DNA of 64,000 nt from a bacterium (GTDB taxonomy: Bacteria > Electryoneota > Electryoneia > Electryoneales > Electryoneaceae): contig CAXXKJ010000002.1 in NCBI GenBank assembly GCA_963675295.2, positions 3,008,001 through 3,072,000 of the forward strand, read 5' to 3'. The translations under genes were made by a program, and so were the position numbers. Below, in pieces: positions 1 through 9,908 of the stretch. Within the stretch, counting starts at the first letter, position 1; the number at the start of each line of letters is the position of its first letter. Below the pieces are notes generated by a model. It ran no database searches, had not been told where the DNA came from, and saw nothing but the letters and a program-made list of their open reading frames with translations.

Positions 1-214
1 CGCGATTGCGTCGGCAATTGTCGGCCAGGGCATGACCCCGACGATGGTCGATGTGCAGACCTCGGCGAATGGCGAACGTGAGATTCAGATCGAGATGGAA
101 GGTGACATTCCGGACGGTGAAGAACGGACCTTCCAGTTCGAATTCCAGGGTGATGGCGAGGGGGCCGAAGTGCAGGCGCAACGCCAGATTGAATGGCACG
201 AAGAGACGGAATAA
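1..214 (+). CDS. 3' end of a gene starting before the window (acidic C-terminus, unknown function)
   Basis: Frame is open from the window edge to TAA at 212-214 and is followed by a terminator-like hairpin. Confidence 0.6.
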   Translation, partial: AIASAIVGQGMTPTMVDVQTSANGEREIQIEMEGDIPDGEERTFQFEFQGDGEGAEVQAQRQIEWHEETE

Positions 215-244
215 CCCACACCGTCCTGAGTGTCATGGAACCGG

Positions 245-276
245 AAAAGGTCACCGCGCGCGGTGGCCTTTTCTTT
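245..276 (+). terminator. Intrinsic terminator, possibly bidirectional
   Basis: AAAAGGTCACCGCG/CGCGGTGGCCTTTT hairpin with a T-tract, 30 nt after the stop. Confidence 0.75.
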
Positions 277-313
277 GGTACTCGGTGGTCGGTACTCGGT
301 AATCGGTACTCGG
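277..313 (+). repeat. Heptamer tandem array (GGTACTC-type, 5 units)
   Basis: GGTACTC GGTGGTC GGTACTC GGTAATC GGTACTC. Confidence 0.85.
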
Positions 314-334
314 CAGGTTATGATTATATTTCAT

Positions 335-425
335 ATCATTTTGAACGTGACGATGAGTATATAATACTCTTCAGCATCGATCTTGACTGATTAAACCCGA
401 TCTTCTTCAATTCGTTCAGAATGAC
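335..425. repeat. GTCATTCTGAAC...GTTCAGAATGAC-bounded REP/MITE-like element, copy 1 (degenerate left arm)
   Basis: ATCATTTTGAACG at 335 and CGTTCAGAATGAC ending at 425; similar elements at 4489 and 27634. Confidence 0.65.
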
Positions 426-438
426 GTGGCTTTCTAAT

Positions 439-472
439 ATAATTACCACGGACTTAAGTCCGTGGTAATTAT
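439..472. repeat. Perfect 34-bp palindrome, copy 1
   Basis: ATAATTACCACGGACTTAAGTCCGTGGTAATTAT is its own reverse complement; the core recurs at 4401 and 35431. Confidence 0.95.
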
Positions 473-503
473 GTATATGTCCGATGTCTACGGCCAGTAG
501 TTC

Positions 504-552
504 ACTACCCGCAGCCCATAGACTACAGCCAATAGTCTATCGCCAATAGCCT
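504..552 (-). repeat. Degenerate heptamer array just after the nadE stop
   Basis: Minus strand reads AGGCTAT TGGCGAT AGACTAT TGGCTGT AGTCTAT GGGCTGC GGGTAGT. Confidence 0.65.
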
Positions 553-553
553 G

Positions 554-2212
554 TCACTTCTTCCACGACACCCGCGCGGCGATGGGCATCCGCCGTCCCG
601 CTCCGAACGCTTTCTGACTGACACGCAACCCCGGCGCGGCCTGCCAGCGTTTGTATTCATTGATCTGCACCGTGCGCACAACCCACTCCACGATCTCCCG
701 ATCATATCCGCGTGCGACGATTTCCTCCGGTCCCGCACCTTCCTCGAGGAACGCTGCGAGGATACCGTCAAGGATATCGTATTCGGGTAACGTGTCCTGG
801 TCCTTCTGATCCGGTGCGAGTTCGGCGGAGGGCGCCTTGGTGATGATGATGTCGGGGATAATCTCGTGGTCCCGATTGTACCAGCGGGCGAGGCGGTAGA
901 CATTCGTTTTCAACAGGTCGCTGATCACCGCGAGGCCGCCGTCCATGTCGCCGTACAGCGTGCAATACCCCACCGCCAGTTCGCTCTTGTTGCCAGTGGT
1001 CAGCAGGAGTGCGCCGGTTTTGTTTGAGAACGCCATCAATAGCGTACCACGAATTCGCGCCTGCAGGTTTTCTTCGGTCACATTCGGCGGCAACCCGGCG
1101 AACGGTTCAGCGAGTGCGTCGTTGAACGAGTTGAAAATCGGCGCGATGGGAACGGTATCACAGCGAATTCCGAGGTTTTTCGCGAGCTGCACGGAGTCGT
1201 CGACTGAACCGGACGACGAGATGTGCGACGGCATGGTCACGCCGCGCACATTTTCTGCGCCTAGCGCGTCCACGGCGATGCACGCAGTCAACGCGCTGTC
1301 GATTCCGCCGGAAAGGCCGATAACCGCGTGTTTGAAGCCGCACTTGCGCATGTAGTCCTTCAACCCGAGCACCAGAGCGCGTCGCAGCGACTCGAGTTCC
1401 GGCAGATCCTCTGCGACTTCCGGAACGTTCACAGCGGCGGTGTCAACCACGCGGACGTCCGCTTCGAACGCCGGCAGCAGCTCGATTAACCGTCCCTCAC
1501 GGTCGCAAAGATTCGACCGACCATCAAAGATGAGTTCGTCGTTCGCCCCGACCTGGCAGACTGAGAGGAATGGCACGCCATGCTTGCGGGCGTGGAATCC
1601 GTTCCGCTCGAAACGGTTGACTTCCTTGTGCAGATTGTATGGCGAGGCGGTGATGTTGATTAACAGTGTCGCGCCGTGGTCGGCGAGGTACTGGATCGGG
1701 TTGTCGGCGTAGATCAGGGTCTGCTCGAACTCGGGATCGTTCCAAGCGTCCTCGCAGATGCCGACACCCAGCGTCTCACCGGCGAACTCGACCACGTGAT
1801 AGTGGTCCGCGCCACCGGAATCGAAATAGCGGAGTTCGTCAAAGACGTCATACGTCGGCAGCAGCCACTTGTGCTGTTCGAGCAGGATCTCGCCATTCTG
1901 GATCAGCAGGGCGGCGTTCGCCAAACCTTTGCCGCGTGTGTTGCCGTTGCGCCGAGGTGTGCCAAACAGGATGCCGAGGTTCGGATAGTCTTGTGACAGC
2001 TCGAGTAGCTCCTCCACCCCATCCTCGACCAGGTCGAGGAACCAGCGGAAAGTGATCAGGTCGCGTGGTGGATAACCGGACAGGACGAGTTCCGGGTAGA
2101 CGACGAGGTCGACATTCGAGGTGTCGATGGAGGTCAGGGCGTCGGCCATGCGGCGGACATTTCCGTGTACGTCACCGACTACGGGATTGATTTGCGCGAC
2201 TGCGATACGCAT
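554..2212 (-). CDS. nadE: Glutamine-dependent NAD+ synthetase
   Basis: Nitrilase domain (YPEL, KWLLPTYDVFDE, GICEDAW) fused to a synthetase domain (GLSGGIDS, ENLQARIRG, TGNKSE, KAPSAEL). Start set at MRIAVAQIN, with GGAGA upstream. Confidence 0.96.
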   Translation of the reverse strand: MRIAVAQINPVVGDVHGNVRRMADALTSIDTSNVDLVVYPELVLSGYPPRDLITFRWFLDLVEDGVEELLELSQDYPNLGILFGTPRRNGNTRGKGLANAALLIQNGEILLEQHKWLLPTYDVFDELRYFDSGGADHYHVVEFAGETLGVGICEDAWNDPEFEQTLIYADNPIQYLADHGATLLINITASPYNLHKEVNRFERNGFHARKHGVPFLSVCQVGANDELIFDGRSNLCDREGRLIELLPAFEADVRVVDTAAVNVPEVAEDLPELESLRRALVLGLKDYMRKCGFKHAVIGLSGGIDSALTACIAVDALGAENVRGVTMPSHISSSGSVDDSVQLAKNLGIRCDTVPIAPIFNSFNDALAEPFAGLPPNVTEENLQARIRGTLLMAFSNKTGALLLTTGNKSELAVGYCTLYGDMDGGLAVISDLLKTNVYRLARWYNRDHEIIPDIIITKAPSAELAPDQKDQDTLPEYDILDGILAAFLEEGAGPEEIVARGYDREIVEWVVRTVQINEYKRWQAAPGLRVSQKAFGAGRRMPIAARVSWKK

Positions 2213-2759
2213 CAGGGTGAGGTCTCCGCAAACTGTGTTCAAACATCGGGAAAGTACGTGTTCATGCGTCACAACTCAGTCTCGAACAAGGTTCCGGAGA
2301 GCAGGCGGGATGTCAAGAGGCAGCTCGGGGATGTTGCTCCGGGGTGACACCTTGTTCAGACGAAAATGGAAGCAGAATTCGGCTTGTACTGCCGATCATG
2401 AGGATCAGGAATTGCGCACAACAAGAAGTCGGGCTCGTGTGGTGAACGCGAGTCAGAGAGCCGTTTTTCCAGTCCCTCTCTTGTGGAATTGGGCGCTGGC
2501 ATTGGCCTGAATTCAGCTCGTATGTTGTTTTCGTTGAACCTGAACCGGATTCTCATCATTTTCGTTCCCGTTCGAGAACGCGAATTTTCTGGGCGGCGGA
2601 TTTATATTGAGATCACGGTTCGGGTTCCATGGGCTGTTCGCAGACTTCTCAGCGCATTATCTTCTGCGGATATCATGGGATTCAGCCGTGGCTGGCTGAA
2701 GGGAGATGACCAGGCGGGTCAGGACGACAATGCCCGTCTGCAACGGGAGAAGGGGACGC

Positions 2760-4217
2760 ATGCGACTCGAGACTGGTCGGTTGCTGCTGCTGTTTATCCT
2801 CGTAGTCTTTGCCTCAACTGCAGTTGCGGACATTCCCATCAACGAGCGGGTCAGCATTGACGGGAACCTGCGCTTCCGCGGCTTCATTGACGAACGCGAT
2901 TTCGATTCGGTCAACACCGATCCCGCCTACTACGCCACCATGCGCACCATGATCGGGTTCAAGATCCAGGCGACGGACGACGTCCTCTTCCGCGCCAAGA
3001 TCCGTGATTCCCGGTATGTTGGCGTCCCGTATACGAATACCGTCCCCGGCGGTGTTGATGCGACCACGGTCAACACGCAATCCACGAGTCAGCTTGAACT
3101 GCAGGAAGGGTATCTGTTCGCCAACGATATCCTCGGTACCCGTCTCGACCTCCAGATCGGCCGGTTTGAGATGGAGTATGGGCGCGGACGATTGCTGGGC
3201 GCGTCCGGGTGGAATGTTGAGGGGCCGCGCGCGTATGACGGTCTCCGCTTTATGTGGCACAAACCCGGCTTCCAGTTGGACGTTTTCGCGTCGATAATCC
3301 GGGACTATTCGTTCGGCACGATCTGGCCGAATTATCGTACTCCGAACGCGTGGGTCGGCGGAATTTACCAGTACTCGGAAAGCGTCGGCTACAACGAGCA
3401 GAAACGATACCTGGCCGGTGTTGCGGCCAGTTTCATGGACGGCGCGCTGCAACCACTCCTGTTGATCGACTACGACACTTTTGATAACACCTACACCTAC
3501 GAGTCCGGTGACTGGGTGCCAGGCACCATCGCGGCGCAGAAAGAGCAGGAATTCTGGATCACCCCGGCGCTGTACACCAGCTTCACTCTCAGCGAAGACG
3601 GCGGCAGCCGTTGGGAATTTGAAGGTGATTTTGCCGCGCAGGTTGGCGCGACCAACGATAACGGCGCCTATCCGGACAGCTACAGCCTGCTCAGCTTCCT
3701 CGCGGCGCTGGAAGTCCGTGTGCATGGGAATGATCGTAGCGCTCCGTTCGTCGGAATCGGCGCGGATTACACCGGCGTTGGCGAAGGCGATGGCGATCCG
3801 CAGGATGTCTACGTGTTCTACCAGGACTATTACACGCAGCACGCGTTCCGTGGCGCGATGGATTACTTCTGGAATGTCAATAACGGTCTCATCGACGGCT
3901 TCCTCACCTTCGGTGCCACACCCACCGATTGGCTGTGTCTTAAGGCGGACGTGCACAACTTCAGCTTCGCAACGTCGCAGGGGCGTGTACGTCCCAATGG
4001 CAAGATCGAGAACCTGAAGCAATTAGGACAGGAAGTTGATTTGCTGGCGGGCTTCAAGATCAAGAAGGGGTTCCGTCTCGACGCCGGGTACAACATGTTC
4101 TTCCCGACGGAAGAGTTCGCGATGCGTCTGAACCAGACGGTGTACACTCGGGGTGTGCCGAACCAGTCGGACGCGTTCAGCTACTTCGCGTACCTGGTCT
4201 TCACGACGATGTTCTAA
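2760..4217 (+). CDS. Outer-membrane beta-barrel, alginate-export-family-like
   Basis: Signal peptide, GNLRFR, LQEGYL, IGRFEMEYG..RLLG..GW, LGQEVDL, and a C-terminal Phe. Confidence 0.7.
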   Translation: MRLETGRLLLLFILVVFASTAVADIPINERVSIDGNLRFRGFIDERDFDSVNTDPAYYATMRTMIGFKIQATDDVLFRAKIRDSRYVGVPYTNTVPGGVDATTVNTQSTSQLELQEGYLFANDILGTRLDLQIGRFEMEYGRGRLLGASGWNVEGPRAYDGLRFMWHKPGFQLDVFASIIRDYSFGTIWPNYRTPNAWVGGIYQYSESVGYNEQKRYLAGVAASFMDGALQPLLLIDYDTFDNTYTYESGDWVPGTIAAQKEQEFWITPALYTSFTLSEDGGSRWEFEGDFAAQVGATNDNGAYPDSYSLLSFLAALEVRVHGNDRSAPFVGIGADYTGVGEGDGDPQDVYVFYQDYYTQHAFRGAMDYFWNVNNGLIDGFLTFGATPTDWLCLKADVHNFSFATSQGRVRPNGKIENLKQLGQEVDLLAGFKIKKGFRLDAGYNMFFPTEEFAMRLNQTVYTRGVPNQSDAFSYFAYLVFTTMF

Positions 4218-4223
4218 AAAGAT

Positions 4224-4314
4224 GGGCTCGAGGGCTCAGGGCTCAGGACTCGGGGCTCGGGGCTCGGGGCTCGGGGCTCGGGGCTCGGGGCTCGGGGCTC
4301 GGGGCTCGGGGCTC
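4224..4314 (+). repeat. Heptamer tandem array: (GGGGCTC)x9 perfect plus variants
   Basis: Nine perfect units at 4252-4314, preceded by AGGGCTC AGGGCTC AGGACTC. Confidence 0.97.
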
Positions 4315-4326
4315 AGGAAAATATGT

Positions 4327-4352
4327 GGCCGTGTCTGTTTACAGACGCGGCC
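4327..4352 (+). terminator. Hairpin after the porin gene (weak T-tract)
   Basis: GGCCGTGTCTGT-TT-ACAGACGCGGCC, followed by more heptamers (GGACTGC type, 4364-4391). Confidence 0.45.
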
Positions 4353-4400
4353 GTGTTGCTCTGGGGCTGCGGACTCTGGACTGCGGACTGCGAGAAGATA

Positions 4401-4428
4401 ATTACCACGGACTTCAGTCCGTGGTAAT
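4401..4428. repeat. Palindrome copy 2
   Basis: ATTACCACGGACT-TC-AGTCCGTGGTAAT. Confidence 0.93.
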
Positions 4429-4488
4429 GACAGGGAGTCATCCTTAACGAAGTACAGGATTTCCAACTTATTCGCGCGTAAGTAGCAT

Positions 4489-4579
4489 GTCATTCTGAAC
4501 GAAGTGAAGAAGATCGGACTTGATTAACCGTTATCGAGGCTGGATCTTCTTCATTCCACTTCGTTCCATTCAGAATAAC
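4489..4579. repeat. GTCATTCTG-bounded REP/MITE-like element, copy 2
   Basis: GTCATTCTGAACGAAGTGAAGAAGATC ... GATCTTCTTCATTCCACTTCGTTCCATTCAGAATAAC inverted arms. Confidence 0.8.
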
Positions 4580-4596
4580 ACACAATTACATTCCAT

Positions 4597-4666
4597 CGAT
4601 TACTGACAACCGATTACCGCCAATCGACCAATGGCTACCGATTCCCGCAAACCGACAACCGCCTAC
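4597..4666 (-). repeat. Degenerate heptamer array (10 units) after the O-antigen ligase stop
   Basis: Plus strand reads CGATTAC TGACAAC CGATTAC CGCCAAT CGACCAA TGGCTAC CGATTCC CGCAAAC CGACAAC CGCCTAC. Confidence 0.8.
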
Positions 4667-5904
4667 CGTCCTCCAAGATCCGGTCTTCGACTCAAGCCGA
4701 GGGTGTAGCCGAGAAACAGCCCCATCGCGATCATGATCTCGCCGTCCAGCAGGTAACATTGGGTCAATCCTGCAATCACCAGCCCGCCGAAACCGAGCAC
4801 TCCCCCCTGTGCCAACAGAGACGGCAGGTCGCCGTGATCCGGTGTCAGCCAGAACAATCGCACCCCGAGCACGACCACACTTCCCACCACCAGGGCCATC
4901 AGGATCAGGCCTGGGAAACCGCTAACCGCCAGTAGCCAGAGCGGATCGCTGTGCGGATGCGCGAGCGAGACAAAATCATGGTTCGGATCAACGCGTTGCT
5001 CGGCCTGAGTGCGCCACTGTCCCGGCCCGACTCCGGTGATCGGATTCTCCTGCCCCATCGCCCACGCCGCCTGCCACATCAGCACCCGATCCTGCTCGCT
5101 GTGCGTGGACAGGTTCGCGGCGTCCTGGATGCGTGTGCGGAACCCGTCCGAGAACGTGAACAGCCCCGCAATGACCACCACTCCGGCCGCCAGCGAGATG
5201 ATTGCGACCTTTTTGTTGCGGGTCAGCAGGAACAGGACGATCATCCCTGCCAGTCCCATCCACGGGCCACGCCGGAACGCGAGCACGATCGACAGCAGGA
5301 TGACCGCCATCCCGGCCCACGCCCAGAACGCCTGCGCCTTGCGTTGCTTCACCGCCCACGGCAGCAGCGCGAGGAAATACAGCATCTGCATTCCGGCGAA
5401 GGTCAGCGCCATGTTCAGCAAACCGACCGGCAGGTAGAACGGAACCACCTCATCGGGCATTGTCTCGATGAACTGACCGTAGAGGAAATCGGTGCCGGTG
5501 AAGTATTGCACGATCCCATTCACCGCGCTGAACACCCCGGCGATCATCAACGCCGGGATCAGCCAACGGATCGCGCCGTGTTGCTGCACGAGATGATACA
5601 CGGCGTAGAACCCGAGCAGCGCGACAAGGAATTTGGTCGCGAGGAAGTTGAGCCCGTCCATGGGCGCTGGGGATGCGATCGCGGCAATCGCCAGCCACGC
5701 CAACAGCGCGGCGATCAGGTAGTGGGTGATCGTGGATTTTACACGTGGTGTCCAGCCATTGAACAAACCGATCACCGCAACGAGAAAGCCAAGTCCGGCG
5801 AACACCTGCGCGAGGAAGATGCCGGTGACGATGGAAAACGTGAACGTGGCCAGCCACGCGGCGGTCAGCCAGGGTGTTTTCGCGGAGGAAGCTTTGGCGG
5901 TCAT
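4663..5904 (-). CDS. O-antigen ligase family membrane protein (WaaL/Wzy_C)
   Basis: Many transmembrane segments, RGPW, R..MWQAAWAM..ENPITGVGPG, and the HPHSDPL..LA.SG.PG motif. Confidence 0.85.
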   Translation of the reverse strand: MTAKASSAKTPWLTAAWLATFTFSIVTGIFLAQVFAGLGFLVAVIGLFNGWTPRVKSTITHYLIAALLAWLAIAAIASPAPMDGLNFLATKFLVALLGFYAVYHLVQQHGAIRWLIPALMIAGVFSAVNGIVQYFTGTDFLYGQFIETMPDEVVPFYLPVGLLNMALTFAGMQMLYFLALLPWAVKQRKAQAFWAWAGMAVILLSIVLAFRRGPWMGLAGMIVLFLLTRNKKVAIISLAAGVVVIAGLFTFSDGFRTRIQDAANLSTHSEQDRVLMWQAAWAMGQENPITGVGPGQWRTQAEQRVDPNHDFVSLAHPHSDPLWLLAVSGFPGLILMALVVGSVVVLGVRLFWLTPDHGDLPSLLAQGGVLGFGGLVIAGLTQCYLLDGEIMIAMGLFLGYTLGLSRRPDLGGR

Positions 5905-6066
5905 GAATCACTCGGGCGGTTTCAACATTCGCGCGCCAATATAGCACGGCCGGGCATGAACCCGCGCGGAACGGGCGGCTCCGGTGCGGCTTAGACACGC
6001 GCGCGTTGCCGTGATCCGCTCTCGCCCGTACCTTGTCGCGAAATCGTCTCACAGATCGCGTGAGCC

Positions 6067-7242
6067 ATGGCTCAGAACCGTTGCCGCATCCTCATTTTCA
6101 CCCAGAACGACTGGTTCTTCCACCTGCATTTCCTCGCGTTGGGGCAGGCGTTGGCGGACACCGGTGCCGATGTGTCGCTGGCGTGTCTCGTCGACAAACA
6201 CGGCGAACGGCTGGAGGAAGCCGGTCTGCGTGTACTGGCGCTCAGCAGTCTCGATGTGCGCAGTCTCGGTCTGAAAGCGCAGGCGAAGACGGTGCTCGAG
6301 CTGGTGCGGTTGATCCGTGCTGAACGGCCGGACATGGTATTGACCATCTCGCCGAAACCGGCGGTGCTCGGATCGTTCGCGGCGAAACTGGCGGGTGTGC
6401 CGTCGATCCTCAGCCTGATGACCGGGCTTGGCTTCCTGTTCGCTGGCGAAAACGAGCGATTGCAGGTGCTAAGACGCGTGGTGCTCGGCGCGCTGAAGTG
6501 GTCGCATACGGGTAACGGTAGCCGCATCCTGTTCCAGAACAGCATGGATCGGGAGTTGTTGATCAAATCGGGCGTGATTCCGGACAATAAGGCGCCGCTG
6601 GTCGGCGGAGTCGGCACCGACCTCTACACGTTCAAGCCAGGCAAACGCAACAACGATGTCCCGGTGATCGTTTTCGGCGCACGGATGATCCGTGACAAGG
6701 GCGTGCTCGATCTGGTCGAGGCGGCGCGCCTGCTGCATGAACAGGGGCTGAAATTCCGCGTTAAGCTTTGCGGCGATCCCGACCCTGGCAACCCGAACTC
6801 GCTGACCACGGACGAACTGGTCGAAATCCACGAGGAGCGCTACGTTGATTGGCTCGGGCATGTCAGCGACATCGAACGAATCCTCGCCAACGCCGACATC
6901 GCGTGTCTGCCGACGTATTACCGTGAAGGGATGCCGAAATTCCTCCTCGACAGCGCGGCGGAGGGGTTGCCGTTGGTGACCACCAACGCTCCCGGCTGTA
7001 CTGATGTCGTCACGCACGGCATCAACGGCCTGATTGTCCCGCAACGCAACCCGGAAGCGTTGGCGGAAGCCTTGCGTCAGTTGATCGAAGATCCGGCGCG
7101 TCGTGAAGCGATGGGACACGCCAGCCGTGTTCGCGCAGAAGCGGAATTCTCTGCGGAGTCGTTTGTCGAACGCATGTTCGCCGTGTTCGATGACGCGGCG
7201 GTCGCAGCGGGCCGTCCCGGCTGCGTCTTCCCCACTCGCTGA
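6067..7242 (+). CDS. Glycosyltransferase family 4 (CapM-like)
   Basis: TISPKP, TGLGFLF, FQN..DR, ARMIRDKG, LPTYYREGMPKFLL, TTNAPGC. Confidence 0.9.
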   Translation: MAQNRCRILIFTQNDWFFHLHFLALGQALADTGADVSLACLVDKHGERLEEAGLRVLALSSLDVRSLGLKAQAKTVLELVRLIRAERPDMVLTISPKPAVLGSFAAKLAGVPSILSLMTGLGFLFAGENERLQVLRRVVLGALKWSHTGNGSRILFQNSMDRELLIKSGVIPDNKAPLVGGVGTDLYTFKPGKRNNDVPVIVFGARMIRDKGVLDLVEAARLLHEQGLKFRVKLCGDPDPGNPNSLTTDELVEIHEERYVDWLGHVSDIERILANADIACLPTYYREGMPKFLLDSAAEGLPLVTTNAPGCTDVVTHGINGLIVPQRNPEALAEALRQLIEDPARREAMGHASRVRAEAEFSAESFVERMFAVFDDAAVAAGRPGCVFPTR

Positions 7243-7356
7243 GCCGGAATATCCCTCTCGCTGACTGGAGTTGGCTCTCAAAGTTCAAGTAACCGCTCAA
7301 GTTTCCGGCCACGTTTCCCGATAACAGAAACGAGGTTGTCTCTGGTTGGGAGTATC

Positions 7357-8370
7357 ATGCGCAGGCTGGTCGTTCCACTCATCGTGCTGCTGCTAGCGTC
7401 AACGGTGCTGGCGAAAACGGACATCGTGATCGATCCGGATTACGATCCACGCATCCCTCTGCGTGTGGTAGTCCTCCCCGCAATGAAGGATCGCAGCCTG
7501 AAAGTGGTTAACGAACGCACCGTCTCCGCAATGCTCAGCACCGAGCTGCTGAAGCTGTACGAGGTGAGCGACCTGCTGCGGTTCGAGGCGGCGTTGAGCG
7601 GGCAACGGTTGAGCCTCGACAACGCGTTCACCGCCGCGTCCCGTGAGACCATTCGTGAAGTGACCGGCGTCGACGCGATCATCAACGTCGAGGTGTACCG
7701 CTGGGAGGAAGGCGTTGGCGGAATCCCGTTCCTCGGACGCAAGAGCGGCACCATCGCCATGCGGATCAACATGCTCGATCCATATACCGGGCGGGCGTAC
7801 TGGAGTGTCAATCGTCTCGAGGACGTGAAACCGGGGACGGTGTTCCTCGACCGCACGACGGAGCTGTTCCGTGACCTGGTCGATGAACTCGGTGACGAAC
7901 TGACCGACATCGCCGAAGAACTGAGCGAGGCGGACTCGTACGCCGAACTCGCCGCGACGCGGGAACCATGGCAGCGCATGGAAGGCTACAGCCGCCGCAC
8001 GTATGACGGCGAAGACGGTGTCGAGCGTGGCTTCATGCCCTACATGACGCCGGAAGCGGCGTACATCGAAGCCTACCGCGGCTATGGCTACCAGCCCGAT
8101 ACCGACAAGCAGGCGTATGACGCCCCGATTTCGCCGGACACACGGTACGAGGACATTGAGGGTGAACGTGTGCCGGTGCTGCCGAACATGGGGTATGAGG
8201 CGGAGTTGTACGACCGCGCGTTCCACGCCGCGCTGGATTCGTTGATCCAGTGGTCGAAACGCGATTCGCTGGGGCAGCTTATCGTGCCGCCGGACTTGCC
8301 GCAGTTCGAAACACTGCCGCCGTTCGAACTTCAGGAAATGCCGGAGGATTCGGTGGAGGTGGAAAACTAA
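7357..8370 (+). CDS. Secreted hypothetical protein (possible LpoB/CsgG-like alpha/beta domain plus acidic tail)
   Basis: Signal peptide MRRLVV...VLA; VVVLP, GVDAII and D..TG...W pattern. Confidence 0.55.
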   Translation: MRRLVVPLIVLLLASTVLAKTDIVIDPDYDPRIPLRVVVLPAMKDRSLKVVNERTVSAMLSTELLKLYEVSDLLRFEAALSGQRLSLDNAFTAASRETIREVTGVDAIINVEVYRWEEGVGGIPFLGRKSGTIAMRINMLDPYTGRAYWSVNRLEDVKPGTVFLDRTTELFRDLVDELGDELTDIAEELSEADSYAELAATREPWQRMEGYSRRTYDGEDGVERGFMPYMTPEAAYIEAYRGYGYQPDTDKQAYDAPISPDTRYEDIEGERVPVLPNMGYEAELYDRAFHAALDSLIQWSKRDSLGQLIVPPDLPQFETLPPFELQEMPEDSVEVEN

Positions 8371-8798
8371 TCCTGCGGCTTTGGTTCAGAGCTGGATGAC
8401 GATTCCGGGTGAGAGCTGTCGCTTTCGCCCGTTTTCGTTTGCGGAGTCTTGTACGGCGCGGGATCGTCGGGCCGGCGTTGCGGTTCGATCGCATCCGGGT
8501 ACGGAAGCTCTGGCGGGACGTACTCGCCGTCGGCGTCCGGTTGCGGGTCACGGGACGCGGTGGGATTATCCGGCTTTCGTGGTCCGCGGATCGGGTTACC
8601 CTTCATCGCGGACGCGGCTTCCTTCATTTCCTCTTCGATGCCGATGCGGTTGATTTCACGGCGGACCTCATTCAACGAGCGGCGCATCGTTGAGGACCAT
8701 TTCCCCATCATGCGCGCCACACGTGGCAATTCCTTTCCGCCGAACAACAGCAGCACGACGAACAGGATGAGCAGAACTTCACCGCCGCCGGGAAACAC
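8367..8798 (-). CDS. tatB: Twin-arginine translocase TatA/TatB subunit
   Basis: GGGEVLLILFVVLLLFGGKELP plus amphipathic helix; adjacent to tatC. The TatA versus TatB assignment is uncertain. Confidence 0.75.
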   Translation of the reverse strand: MFPGGGEVLLILFVVLLLFGGKELPRVARMMGKWSSTMRRSLNEVRREINRIGIEEEMKEAASAMKGNPIRGPRKPDNPTASRDPQPDADGEYVPPELPYPDAIEPQRRPDDPAPYKTPQTKTGESDSSHPESSSSSEPKPQD

Positions 8799-8801
8799 GG
8801 A

Positions 8802-9908
8802 TTACGCCTTCCGTTCGGGGTTATCGTCAACGTCTCCGGCCGGGCCGGTTTCGTCACCATCAGTGGTATCGTCATCGCCGGACTCATCGGGCTCGTGCCC
8901 TTCGGGCGGGTCGAGTTCCCCGCGTTCCTTCATCCGGCGGATGCGTTCATCCCTAATATCCTCAACCGTGAGGCCACGCGCCTCTTTCTTCACCGGTTGC
9001 GGCTCGGAGGGTGATTCGGTAGATACGGTTGCGGTGTCGCGTGGAACGGTGTTGACGTCGTCCTCGAGGTCGGAATCGTCCTCCTCGGGCTCGTTGCTGC
9101 CGGAGTCCGCGCCTGAACCATCCCCTTCTCCATCGCCGTCGCTGTCGCCATCATCCGACATGAACTCCTCGCGTTTCTTCTCGTACTGTTTCCGCGCGAC
9201 AATAGCGAGCAGGATACTGGCTTCGTAAAGGATGACCATCGGCAACGTGAGCACTGCCTGAGTGAAGACATCCGGCGGAGTGATCAGCGCGGCAAGGATG
9301 AGGAAGGTGATGATCGCGTGCCGGCGGTATTTGCGCAGGAACGGCGGCGTGACCACGCCGAAGCGCGCGAGGAAGTAGATCAGCAGCGGTAGTTCGAAGA
9401 CAACGCCGAATGCGAGCAGCAGCCGGAGGACAAAATCGACATATTTCCCCAGCGACCACGCGTTCTGGATTTCCTGCGTACCGAAGCTGAGGAAAAAGCG
9501 GGTGGCGTACGGCAGCACGTACATCGAGAACGCCGCCCCGGTGATGAACAGCAGGCTGGAGAAGAACACGACCGGCATCACCAGCTTGCGCTCGTGCTCG
9601 AACAACCCGGGCGCGACGAACGCCCAGACCTGGTAGAAGACCCACGGCGCGGCGGCGACCAGTCCGGCGACAAACGCGATTTTTAGCCGGACGATGAACC
9701 CTTCCGCAGGCGCGAGCAGGGCGAGGCTGGCGGAGGTTTCATTCTCGAACGGTATCAGCAACCAGCCCTGAAAAATCGGGGCAAAATAGTAGCAAACAGC
9801 AGCAGCGAGCATGATCCCGGCCAGCGCGCGCCACAGGGACGACCGCAGTTCGTCGAGATGATCGAAGAACGTCATCTCTGCGGGATTCTTTTTCTCGCGT
9901 TTGCTCAT
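8802..9908 (-). CDS. tatC: Twin-arginine translocase TatC with a long acidic tail
   Basis: [42 protein letters not shown]. Confidence 0.95.
   Translation of the reverse strand: MSKREKKNPAEMTFFDHLDELRSSLWRALAGIMLAAAVCYYFAPIFQGWLLIPFENETSASLALLAPAEGFIVRLKIAFVAGLVAAAPWVFYQVWAFVAPGLFEHERKLVMPVVFFSSLLFITGAAFSMYVLPYATRFFLSFGTQEIQNAWSLGKYVDFVLRLLLAFGVVFELPLLIYFLARFGVVTPPFLRKYRRHAIITFLILAALITPPDVFTQAVLTLPMVILYEASILLAIVARKQYEKKREEFMSDDGDSDGDGEGDGSGADSGSNEPEEDDSDLEDDVNTVPRDTATVSTESPSEPQPVKKEARGLTVEDIRDERIRRMKERGELDPPEGHEPDESGDDDTTDGDETGPAGDVDDNPERKA

Noticed and set aside
2525-2570. Fur-box-like sequence (GATTCTCATCATT) upstream of the porin gene
   Set aside because: Only a half-site resemblance, too weak to call without a genome-wide motif model.
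4153-4493. Small ORFs with GSGLGAR or SPEPRAP repeats (also 46269-46733)
   Set aside because: These are translations of the non-coding heptamer arrays.
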